Positions 9,612 to 17,460 of a DNA stretch of 35,528 nt are shown in pieces. The notes under the pieces are model-generated. The model was not told the origin of the DNA, searched no databases, and saw only the letters and a program-made list of their open reading frames with translations. The DNA lies in the IMG/VR virus record IMGVR_UViG_3300037962_000735, positions 1-35,528 of that record. One strand, 5' to 3'. The number at the start of each line of letters is the position of its first letter. Positions within the stretch are counted from its first letter, which is position 1. The position numbers were made by a program, and so were the translations under genes. The stretch comes from a virus (Duplodnaviria; Caudoviricetes).

Positions 9612-9909
9612 GACGTTATCGACTTTATCTATCATTGTCATTGCCATCGTTTGTGCTATGACAATCATTAAATATCATCGCGAGCTTGGCTCACTGGTTA
9701 CGCTCACTATTTTATTTTTCGCGCTGAGCTGTGTCGGCTTGGCATTTGATGAGACCACTGGTCGGGACGGTGTATGGGCCCTACCCATATTTCGTATGCT
9801 TGCCGCTGCTGCAACCGCTACTACTTATTTTAAATTAAGAGCCTTTTGGGCGCGTTATGGCGTGTTCATTAGCGCTATTAATCAATCAAAAAAGGATAAT
9901 CTTGTATGA
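9598..9909 (+). CDS. Second lysis-cassette membrane protein (holin/antiholin candidate)
   Basis: About 3 TM segments; overlaps both neighbours; RBS GAGG. Confidence 0.55.
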   Translation: MIILETLSTLSIIVIAIVCAMTIIKYHRELGSLVTLTILFFALSCVGLAFDETTGRDGVWALPIFRMLAAAATATTYFKLRAFWARYGVFISAINQSKKDNLV

Positions 9910-10532
9910 GCCCTACCCAACCGATGACACTGATTGACTGTGATTATAAAGTCGCTGCTCGCCGACTGCGCTGTGATGAAGCTGCTATCCGCGCGGTCAG
10001 TGATGTTGAGTCGCGCGGCGATGGGTTCTTATTCGACAAAGATGACAACCAATGGCGTATTAAAATACTGTTTGAGCGCCATATTATGTATCGATTGCTA
10101 GACAAAAAGTTTGGCCGTGACAAAGCGCTTGATCATGTTCGTACTAGCCCTGATGTGGTCAATACTCGTACGGGTGGCTATAGTGGCGGTACTGCTGAAC
10201 ATGATCGACTTGCTAAAGCCCGTCGCATTGATAAAGACTTAGGTTTAGAGTCAGCAAGTTGGGGCATGTTTCAGCTTATGGGCTTTCACTGGGAGCGTCT
10301 TGGCTATAAGTCAGCTGTTGATTTTGTGCTAACGCTATCCAAAGGCGAGCCTGAGCAGTTAGAGGCATTTTGTCGCTTTATCGAGACAGATAAACGCTTG
10401 CTCAATGCCATTCGTAGCCGTGACTGGGCCATGTTTGCAGAGATATATAACGGCCGCGATTATAAGAAGAATAAATATGACACTAAAATGCGTGACCGTG
10501 CCAAATACTGGGATAAAGAGTTGGCGAAATGA
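9906..10532 (+). CDS. Endolysin, N-acetylmuramidase (DUF3380) family
   Basis: AIRAVSDVESRGDGF, KILFERH, ESASWGMFQLMGFH, WAMFAEIYNG...YD. Confidence 0.92.
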   Translation: MSPTQPMTLIDCDYKVAARRLRCDEAAIRAVSDVESRGDGFLFDKDDNQWRIKILFERHIMYRLLDKKFGRDKALDHVRTSPDVVNTRTGGYSGGTAEHDRLAKARRIDKDLGLESASWGMFQLMGFHWERLGYKSAVDFVLTLSKGEPEQLEAFCRFIETDKRLLNAIRSRDWAMFAEIYNGRDYKKNKYDTKMRDRAKYWDKELAK

Positions 10533-10960
10533 TATTTGACGACAGCCTACGCAAATTCTTAACCGATAAAGTCGAGTTCTTTGCCCAGAACCCTGACCAG
10601 TTAATCATTAGCGTGGAAAAGGGCTCACTGAAATGGACTGGTCAATCATTGAGCCACCGTCAACACTATCAATTGCTAGTCGAGATTGATGAGTTCCCCG
10701 AGAGCATTGACGCCAATTTAGTCATTGTCGCTATTTTGGCATGGTATCAAGAGAATCAAGATCCAGTCCCACCAAACGGGCCATCACCGATTGAATTTGA
10801 ATCCTATATATTGAGCAACTATACGACCACCGTAGTCTTTACTATCAAAGTCGAAGAAGTTGTCCAGGTATCTACTGATGACACTGGTAACTACGTGTTT
10901 AATGCTTGTCCACGTCCAATCCTACACCTGCCAAAACCTTTACATAATCCAAACCTATAA
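10529..10960 (+). CDS. R: Tail completion protein (P2 gpR-like)
   Basis: SLRKFL...NPDQLIISVEKG...ILAWYQENQ; synteny before S. Confidence 0.75.
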   Translation: MIFDDSLRKFLTDKVEFFAQNPDQLIISVEKGSLKWTGQSLSHRQHYQLLVEIDEFPESIDANLVIVAILAWYQENQDPVPPNGPSPIEFESYILSNYTTTVVFTIKVEEVVQVSTDDTGNYVFNACPRPILHLPKPLHNPNL

Positions 10961-10962
10961 TC

Positions 10963-11406
10963 ATGAGCGATTTAACTGAACTGGCCACTGCATTACCTGA
11001 ATGGGCGACCGCAATAACGAGTCAGCTAGATAATAAACAGTTAAAAAAAGTCAATCGCACTCTCGCTATGGAATTGCGAGCGGTCAATCGAGAGCGTATC
11101 CGCGCACAAACCGATCCTGATGGTAGCGATTTTGTAGATCCATTGAAAGCTTCTAACAACCCCATGTTTCGCGAGCTGACCAAAGCGCGTCATCTTAAAT
11201 TTAATGCAACCAGCCGCTATGCCCAAATTGGTTTCAAAGGTAGCGCCGCTAAGATCGCACGCATACATCACGAGGGCCAACGCAGTACTGTCCGTCCTGA
11301 TAGTTCTAAGAAATTCCCCTACCCCAAACGCGAGCTGATCGGTATCTCTCGTGCTGACAGACATATCATTATTCGAGTACTACGCGAGTCATTAACCGCT
11401 GATTAG
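10963..11406 (+). CDS. S: Virion morphogenesis/tail completion protein (P2 gpS)
   Basis: RIRAQTDPDGS, IARIHHEG, YPKRELIGIS. Confidence 0.88.
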   Translation: MSDLTELATALPEWATAITSQLDNKQLKKVNRTLAMELRAVNRERIRAQTDPDGSDFVDPLKASNNPMFRELTKARHLKFNATSRYAQIGFKGSAAKIARIHHEGQRSTVRPDSSKKFPYPKRELIGISRADRHIIIRVLRESLTAD

Positions 11407-11419
11407 ATGCCCTGCTCTT

Positions 11420-11459
11420 TTTTGCGTGTATTTACTCAATCCACGCTTTTTTGTTTTGT
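11420..11459 (+). promoter_or_regulatory. Late-promoter activator site upstream of V
   Basis: Second copy of the 40 bp block at 5332-5371; dyad centre about 55 bp upstream of ATG 11491. Confidence 0.75.
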
Positions 11460-11490
11460 ATCAAAAATCGCAATGAGTGACGATAACGTC

Positions 11491-12099
11491 ATGAATACAT
11501 CCCCTATCGAAAACGAGCGCCGGCTCCAAAGTTTTATCAATCGAGGCATTGTCACAGACGTTGATCATGCTAATGCTCGTTGCCGAGTACAGATAGATGG
11601 GTTAGAGACCGACTGGCTAAAGTTTTCAGCAGCTCGCATCGGCAAGGTCAAAATCTGGAATCCACCGTGTGTTGGTGAGCAAGTCTTAGTTATTAGCGAG
11701 ACTGGTGAGCTGTCGACTGGACTGGTAACGACATCGTTTGATTATGATGATCAGCCAATGCCGTCTGCCAATGCCGATACGTTTGAGCTTCATTGTGATG
11801 ATGGCGCGACATTTATCTATAACCACGCGACACATAACCTAGAGGTTACTTTACTTGATGATTCTACTACTACGCTTATTTCCAACCGCGTGCAAATATC
11901 TGCTCGCGATGTCAGTTTTGATTGTAATAACTTTGATGTTAATTGCGAGTCCTATTCTATTGGTTGCCAGTCTTATACCTTGAACGGTCAAACCATCAAT
12001 CAAAACGGAAAATTAATTATTAATGACCAACCATATTTAGAACATGGCCATAAAAACGTTGAGAACGGATCATCTGTCTCTGGGGGCGTTAATGCTTAA
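11491..12099 (+). CDS. V: Baseplate spike protein (P2 gpV)
   Basis: GIVTDVDH...TDWL...WNPPCVGEQVLVIS, C-terminal HGH iron-binding motif. Start moved from 11407 because the extension runs through the promoter repeat. Confidence 0.9.
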   Translation: MNTSPIENERRLQSFINRGIVTDVDHANARCRVQIDGLETDWLKFSAARIGKVKIWNPPCVGEQVLVISETGELSTGLVTTSFDYDDQPMPSANADTFELHCDDGATFIYNHATHNLEVTLLDDSTTTLISNRVQISARDVSFDCNNFDVNCESYSIGCQSYTLNGQTINQNGKLIINDQPYLEHGHKNVENGSSVSGGVNA

Positions 12100-12481
12100 T
12101 CAAGATAACAACGTCACTGTGATCAATGTCAAAGGCATGTCACGCAGTACTGGTCAGCGTATTGACCAAACCAATCATATCTTACAAAGCGTCCGCGATA
12201 TATTGATGACGCCTATCGGTAGTCGTGTCATGCGCCGCGATTACGGCTCATTGCTACCATTCTTAATTGATTCGCCTATTAATGCCTATTTCATTATGCA
12301 GCTTCGTGCCTCCGTCATTCATGCATTAATGCGCTGGGAAACTCGTGTCACACCAACTCGCATTGAGCTGATGACTGACGACAGTGCCTCACAAGGCGTG
12401 GCCAGTTTGATGATTGAATATCGTTATGTGATTAGTAAAAAGATTGAACGTACTTATCTGTCATTAGGCGGTGCGCTATGA
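12092..12481 (+). CDS. W: Baseplate wedge protein (P2 gpW / T4 gp25 family)
   Basis: HILQSVRDILMTPIGSRVMRRDYGS...RWETRV. Start at 12092 overlaps the V stop. Confidence 0.92.
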   Translation: MLNQDNNVTVINVKGMSRSTGQRIDQTNHILQSVRDILMTPIGSRVMRRDYGSLLPFLIDSPINAYFIMQLRASVIHALMRWETRVTPTRIELMTDDSASQGVASLMIEYRYVISKKIERTYLSLGGAL

Positions 12482-13368
12482 GTCGTATTGATCTATCTGG
12501 GCTACCTGCCCCTGATATTTTAACGCCTTTAGATTTTGAAGCAGAGCTTGCCGACCTTAAAGCTGAATTGATAGCCAAAGATCCACAACTTGCTGCTGCA
12601 TTGACGCTTGAAAGCGAGCCATTGACCAAGATCCTTGAACTGTTTGCTTACCGTCTGATGTCTAAGACCAATCATATCAACCAAACAGCCAAATCAATGC
12701 TGCTTGCTTATACCACTGGCACAACGCTTGATCATCTTGCCGCTGGCGTTGGTGTGACTCGTCTATTGGTTAAGCCTGGCAATCCCAATGCTGTCCCGCC
12801 GATCCCGGATGTCATGGAATCTGACACTGCCTTACGTCGCCGTGTCCAATTAGAACCTGAACGCGCCTCTGCAGGTAGCAAAGGCGCTTACTTATTTTGG
12901 GCGCTATCCGCTGATGGTGATGTTCGTGATGCAAGTGTTGTCACAGCCTCCCCTGGTCGCGTGACTGTCTATGTTCAAAGCCATAATGATGCGATCGCTA
13001 GCGATGCACTACGTGAACAAGTAAGACTGGCCGTTGATACTGATGAGCGCCGGCCTTTTACCGATAGCGTGCGTATTGCGGCTGGTCAGCCAGAGGATTG
13101 GAGCCTACAAGCGGAACTGACACTCTATCCGGGCCCAGATAAAGACGTGGTGATTGCTGCAGCCCGTGCACAGCTTGATAAATATATCGAGCAAGTACGC
13201 TACTTGGGTTATGACGTTACGCTATCTGGTTTATATCACGCCTTACATCAAGCGGGTGTCCAACGTGTCAGCCTCTTACAACCTACTGCTGATATCAGTT
13301 TGCCAGATGGCAAATATGCTAACTGTGTCGACGTGACGATCAGTGCTGTGGAGTACCGCGATGTCTAA
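12478..13368 (+). CDS. J: Baseplate assembly protein J
   Basis: IDLSGLPAPDI...LDFE, LESEPLTKILE, AGSKGAYLFWALSADGDV. Confidence 0.94.
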   Translation: MSRIDLSGLPAPDILTPLDFEAELADLKAELIAKDPQLAAALTLESEPLTKILELFAYRLMSKTNHINQTAKSMLLAYTTGTTLDHLAAGVGVTRLLVKPGNPNAVPPIPDVMESDTALRRRVQLEPERASAGSKGAYLFWALSADGDVRDASVVTASPGRVTVYVQSHNDAIASDALREQVRLAVDTDERRPFTDSVRIAAGQPEDWSLQAELTLYPGPDKDVVIAAARAQLDKYIEQVRYLGYDVTLSGLYHALHQAGVQRVSLLQPTADISLPDGKYANCVDVTISAVEYRDV

Positions 13369-13891
13369 GGGGCTACTACCGAAAAACAGCACCAAGCTGG
13401 AAAAAGCATTGGATGAGCAGACGCAGCGTATTGATGCGTTACCTGTTACCTTTGCTCGTTTGATTGATGCTGATAGCTGCCCTGAAGCTTTTTTACCGTG
13501 GCTTGCTTGGTCACGCCGTGTCGAATATTGGGACGGTCAATGGCCAGAAGCAAAAAAGCGTGATGTGGTGAAAGGTGCAAGAGATTTTAACGCGCAGCGC
13601 GGCACTAAAAACACACTCGCACAAGCAATGGAAAACCTGGGCATAGGTCATAGTTTGCTTGCATGGCATGAGCTATATCCAAAAGGCACGCCTTATACCT
13701 TTACAGTAAAAATCACTAGCGGTCGTGTGAGTGTGCAGCAGCAACAAGAGATCTATACCGCGCTAGACAGTGTTAAATCTGCCCGTGATCAGTTCTCTAT
13801 TGATGCCAGTGTCGTGAATGGCTCTCAATTTTATGTTGCCGGCGCTTGTCGGACTGGCAATGTCACTTATCTATCAACTCCAAACGCTTAG
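13361..13891 (+). CDS. I: Tail/baseplate protein I
   Basis: LLPKNSTKLEKAL, CPEAFLPWLAWS, RGT; ATG at 13361 overlaps the J stop. Confidence 0.92.
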   Translation: MSKGLLPKNSTKLEKALDEQTQRIDALPVTFARLIDADSCPEAFLPWLAWSRRVEYWDGQWPEAKKRDVVKGARDFNAQRGTKNTLAQAMENLGIGHSLLAWHELYPKGTPYTFTVKITSGRVSVQQQQEIYTALDSVKSARDQFSIDASVVNGSQFYVAGACRTGNVTYLSTPNA

Positions 13892-13912
13892 GTAACTATT
13901 TAGGTAACAATA

Positions 13913-14902
13913 ATGGCCAACTACTATGTATTACTCACTGACCACGGCAAATCTTTTATTGCAAATGCACAAGCGAACTCACAACTTGCATTGACGCATG
14001 TGGTGTTGGGTGATGCAAACGATCAGCCATATCTGCCTGATTCGCGTTTGACTCAGACTAGCCTGGTGAATCAAAGAGCAAAAGTAGCCGTAACCTCTAT
14101 CAAGATCGTCAATGACACGACAGCTGAAGTATCTGCAGTTGTACCGTCCAATGTAGGCGGCTTTAACCTGCATGAAGTGGGAATTACCGATAGTAGTGGC
14201 AAGCTTGTCTACGTGGGTAACTTTCACGGCGGTTATCGCCCAACGCTGACCGAGGGCGCTGGCGGTGATATGGAGCTTATATTTACGATTACTGCAGACA
14301 ACCTTGCGACTGTTGTCATTGAAACGGACAGCAACGTGGTCATCGCTACTCGCGATTGGGTTGCCGACCGTTTTGCTTTGAAATCTTTAGTGAGTGAACT
14401 ACACGATATTATCAATCAATTACAGGATGAGCTTATGGCTACCCAGTTTCAATTACTGTCAAATCGTATAGACGATATAGAGAAAGGCATCGCGGGGCTT
14501 TTAGATTTGCAGCCATATAAAGTTGGCGATATTTATCAGACAACCATCAATCATTTGGATGCGTCTGCGGTGGCGGCTCATCATGGCTATGGTACGTGGG
14601 AGCGATTCGCAGAAGGTCGCACGCTAGTAGGCCTATCAACCAAAACTGATGATCCATCTGACTATAAAACTATCGGTAATGAGTTTGGTGAAAATGAGGA
14701 AACTCTGACGCTTGCACAGATTCCAAATCATGATCATACCGTTGATATGCATAGTGGCAGTATTGATGGTGGTACTCGCGCTGGTACTCAGAACACCAGT
14801 TCCAGCGCTGCAAATATCAAGACTAACGCTGTAGGCGGCGGTGAACCGCACAACAACATTCAGCCATCAAAAGTGGTTGGCAAGTGGTTACGTACTGCTT
14901 AA
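13913..14902 (+). CDS. H: Short tail fibre (gpH-like N-terminal collar domain, coiled coil, T4 gp10-like C-terminal domain)
   Basis: LLTDHG...GGFNLHEVG N-terminus; YKVGDIY...GTWERFAEGRTLVG...TLTLAQIPNHDH...GGGEPHNNIQPS C-terminus. Confidence 0.8.
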   Translation: MANYYVLLTDHGKSFIANAQANSQLALTHVVLGDANDQPYLPDSRLTQTSLVNQRAKVAVTSIKIVNDTTAEVSAVVPSNVGGFNLHEVGITDSSGKLVYVGNFHGGYRPTLTEGAGGDMELIFTITADNLATVVIETDSNVVIATRDWVADRFALKSLVSELHDIINQLQDELMATQFQLLSNRIDDIEKGIAGLLDLQPYKVGDIYQTTINHLDASAVAAHHGYGTWERFAEGRTLVGLSTKTDDPSDYKTIGNEFGENEETLTLAQIPNHDHTVDMHSGSIDGGTRAGTQNTSSSAANIKTNAVGGGEPHNNIQPSKVVGKWLRTA

Positions 14903-14939
14903 AACACTATTTATTTTAGACAAAAAAAGGATCTAGACC

Positions 14940-15494
14940 ATGGCATTAACTACTTACCATCACGGCGTCACTGCTACTGAGACCAGTAATATCACACCGA
15001 TTATCAAATCGGTCAGTATGAGCACCATTGCACTGGTGAGCACCAGTATTGATGCTGATGATGCTAAATACCCGCTTGATACCCCTGTATTGCTGACAGG
15101 CATCACGACAGATGATGTCACCAAAGCTGGCGCTAAAGATTCTTTGCTCAGCCAATGCTTGCAGACAATCAAATCTATCCAGAATACCAGTGTGGTCGTG
15201 TTGCGACTGTCTGAGCCAGTAGATATCGCTACCGTTGATACCTTGCTTAGCTCTCAATCACGCCTTGGTGTGACGCCCAAGATTTTGATTGCGCCTGAAA
15301 TTGATACCCCAGATATGACACGTAAGCTGATTGAGATCGCCAAGAAACGCCGTGCGTTTGTGTATGCGTCCCCACGAGCAGAAGACGGTACGTTGATTAC
15401 GGTCAAAGAAGATATTGCCGCTTATCGCGATACGTTCGCCGCGCGTGAGTTGATGCTGATTGAAGGCGAATGGGGCGTTCCAGCGGGAAAGTAA
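14940..15494 (+). CDS. FI: Tail sheath (P2 FI), N-terminal half
   Basis: YHHGV..., DAD..YPLDTPVLLT, LGVTPKILIAPEIDT, YRDTFAARELMLI, colinear with the first half of P2 FI; own RBS AAGGA. Confidence 0.88.
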   Translation: MALTTYHHGVTATETSNITPIIKSVSMSTIALVSTSIDADDAKYPLDTPVLLTGITTDDVTKAGAKDSLLSQCLQTIKSIQNTSVVVLRLSEPVDIATVDTLLSSQSRLGVTPKILIAPEIDTPDMTRKLIEIAKKRRAFVYASPRAEDGTLITVKEDIAAYRDTFAARELMLIEGEWGVPAGK

Positions 15495-15907
15495 CACGGC
15501 GACTATGGGCAAGTAAGCCATACCCCGTACTTGTGGAAAAAGACGATGCTTACCAGCCCACAGTTAAGCCGTTAAACATCACGATGAGACGGATATTAAA
15601 AGACACAACGATTGACAGTGATGCGTACCAGCCAAGCGTTAAGCCTCTCGATATTACATTACGCTCACTGCTTATGAATAAAAATATTGATGACGGCGAC
15701 GCTTATCAGCCGTCAGTCAAGCCGCTTGATATTACGCTGAAGTCGCTACTCATGAGTAAGAATATTGATGGTGATGCTTATAAACCGTCGGTTAAGCCAT
15801 TAGATCTAACGCTCAAGAGAGTTTTAGTTCAGCAGTACACGGGTGAAGATGATGCTTATCAGTCGACAGTCACGCCATTAGATATAACGTTAAATAAAGG
15901 AACATAG
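15470..15907 (+). CDS. Five-repeat domain, probably made as a -1 frameshift extension of sheath-N (fusion about 322 aa)
   Basis: SKPYP motif, then five DAY(Q/K)xxVxPLxxT(L/M) repeats; ORF lies in the -1 frame of 14940..15494 and overlaps its end. Confidence 0.75.
   Translation: MGRSSGKVTRRLWASKPYPVLVEKDDAYQPTVKPLNITMRRILKDTTIDSDAYQPSVKPLDITLRSLLMNKNIDDGDAYQPSVKPLDITLKSLLMSKNIDGDAYKPSVKPLDLTLKRVLVQQYTGEDDAYQSTVTPLDITLNKGT
15485..15528 (+). promoter_or_regulatory. Predicted -1 ribosomal frameshift signal
   Basis: In-frame G GGA AAG directly before TAA; downstream stems ACGG/CCGT and TATGG/CCATA; the -1 frame is open to 15907. Confidence 0.75.
15545..15892 (+). repeat. Degenerate coding tandem repeat, 5 units of 75-78 bp
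   Basis: DAY codons begin at 15545, 15620, 15698, 15773 and 15851. Confidence 0.85.
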
Positions 15908-15910
15908 ACA

Positions 15911-16864
15911 ATGCTAAATTTAGGCATAGCCGGTGAATTTCGTGCAGTAGTTACCCGCGCTGACGGTTCGGTAAAGATAGACACGGGTTTTGTAAGAAAC
16001 CTTGTATTAAACCAGGGCCTAGAATTTTTTGGGGGGAGTAAAGGTGGGTATTTTAATAGTAAATGCCTTATCGGTAGCGGTAATAGTAGCCCTGCAATTA
16101 CGCAAATATCATTAGATACTGCTGTAGCCATAGAGTCGATAACTCAATCGCCAGCAAATGCTAACGAATATGCCTTTAACGATTCAGGCGATGGGCTTTA
16201 TAAAATATGGGAGCAGCGTGCATATCGTTTCACTGGATTATCCGATGTGAATATTTCCGAAGTAGGTTTAGCAAGTGAGGGTACGTTAACTAATTACTAC
16301 TTAACCACAAGAGCATTAATAAAAGATGCCTTAGGAAATCCCACGACTATAAGCATAAAGGCTGGAGAAACCTTAGAAATAGTTTATCGAATCCATAAAG
16401 TTATAGACATTAACGACAAATCGTTTGTGGTTGATGTAAAAGATGGTGCCGGTGGTAGCGTACCGTATAACGTGGTAGTACGTCCGGCTAGAGTTGGGAC
16501 AAGCACCCATAATGTTTCGGCTGCTATATCTACCGTGGCGGGCGGTCGCTTTGCGTATAGCACCGCCGACTTAGGTGCTAAAGAACATTACCCCACTGGC
16601 GGAAGTGTTGAAGAAGGTGTTTTTTCTTTAGATACTTATACCTCGTTAACTAATAAAAGAAAAGGGTTGCTGTCTTTTGGTCTAACCGTTGCCAATGTTG
16701 CTATAAGAACAGTTTTCACTAGCAGCCCATCATACTTTTCCTTTTTCCCTTTTCAAATGCGCTTTGGGCGGGTGTCTGACGATGCACCATTAACCAAAAC
16801 AAATAAAGATACGTTATCTATCCCATTTGAAGTAAGTTGGGGACGCTATGAGGGTGAATTGTAA
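15911..16864 (+). CDS. Beta-rich putative virion/adsorption protein (cassette gene 2)
   Basis: 317 aa, RBS AAGGAA; NLVLNQGL, NISEVGL, TRALIKDA, VSWGRY; visibly more AT-rich than flanking tail genes. Confidence 0.6.
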   Translation: MLNLGIAGEFRAVVTRADGSVKIDTGFVRNLVLNQGLEFFGGSKGGYFNSKCLIGSGNSSPAITQISLDTAVAIESITQSPANANEYAFNDSGDGLYKIWEQRAYRFTGLSDVNISEVGLASEGTLTNYYLTTRALIKDALGNPTTISIKAGETLEIVYRIHKVIDINDKSFVVDVKDGAGGSVPYNVVVRPARVGTSTHNVSAAISTVAGGRFAYSTADLGAKEHYPTGGSVEEGVFSLDTYTSLTNKRKGLLSFGLTVANVAIRTVFTSSPSYFSFFPFQMRFGRVSDDAPLTKTNKDTLSIPFEVSWGRYEGEL

Positions 16865-17448
16865 TGTTGCCCGACAATACGCTTACTGAACTTGATAGTG
16901 CCTCGTTTTTACCACCACGCAATAAGTCGCAGACAGCGACAAAGTGTTGGGAGCTTGGTGGCATCGCCCTATCTGATACCAGTGAGCCTATGCAGTACTA
17001 CTGGTATGGCTATGTCAAAGGTAAAGGTATCTATCTACAGCGTAGCGGTGCTGAGCCAGTCGCAGTCTTAGCGTTTGCAGGTGATGTCACTGAGATGAGT
17101 TTTAGCTTTGATCAAAACATGCGCCCAACAATCGCATACGTCGAAAACGGCGTGGCCAAACTGTATTGGTATGACGCAAGCGTGGCTAAAAACGTGCTGA
17201 CACTATACCCGAATATCACCAATCCGCGCTTGTCACTTGATGATAAGCGCAAGTTTAACATCGGTAATAGCGACATTATTTTTGCTTATGTGACTGATCA
17301 CAATCGTCTGTGCTACCGCTTACAGCGCGAGCGTTATGGTGCTGAGCATGTACTTGTAACTGACACAACAAAGTCAGATGATGAACCTTTAAAGCTGAAC
17401 GTAATCGGTATGAGTACTGCAAATCGATTTTTATTCCTAACCAATTAA
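16864..17448 (+). CDS. Putative virion/adsorption protein (cassette gene 3)
   Basis: 194 aa, coupled by TAATG; motifs ELGGIALSD, FDQNM, YWYD, LDDKR, SDIIFAY, QRERY. Confidence 0.6.
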   Translation: MLPDNTLTELDSASFLPPRNKSQTATKCWELGGIALSDTSEPMQYYWYGYVKGKGIYLQRSGAEPVAVLAFAGDVTEMSFSFDQNMRPTIAYVENGVAKLYWYDASVAKNVLTLYPNITNPRLSLDDKRKFNIGNSDIIFAYVTDHNRLCYRLQRERYGAEHVLVTDTTKSDDEPLKLNVIGMSTANRFLFLTN

Positions 17449-17460
17449 TAAGGGAAAATT

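Noticed and set aside
11407-11490. N-terminal extension of gpV in the ORF track
   Set aside because: It is a translation of the promoter repeat; the same peptide pattern arises from the 5332 copy.
15545-15892. Repeats as a CRISPR array or DGR template/variable repeat pair
   Set aside because: They are in-frame coding repeats diverging mainly at synonymous sites, with no spacers, cas genes or reverse transcriptase.
15495-17460. Sheath interruption as an IS, intron or intein, or the sheath as a pseudogene
   Set aside because: No transposase, reverse transcriptase, homing endonuclease, terminal repeats or target duplication seen. Both halves are intact with their own RBS.
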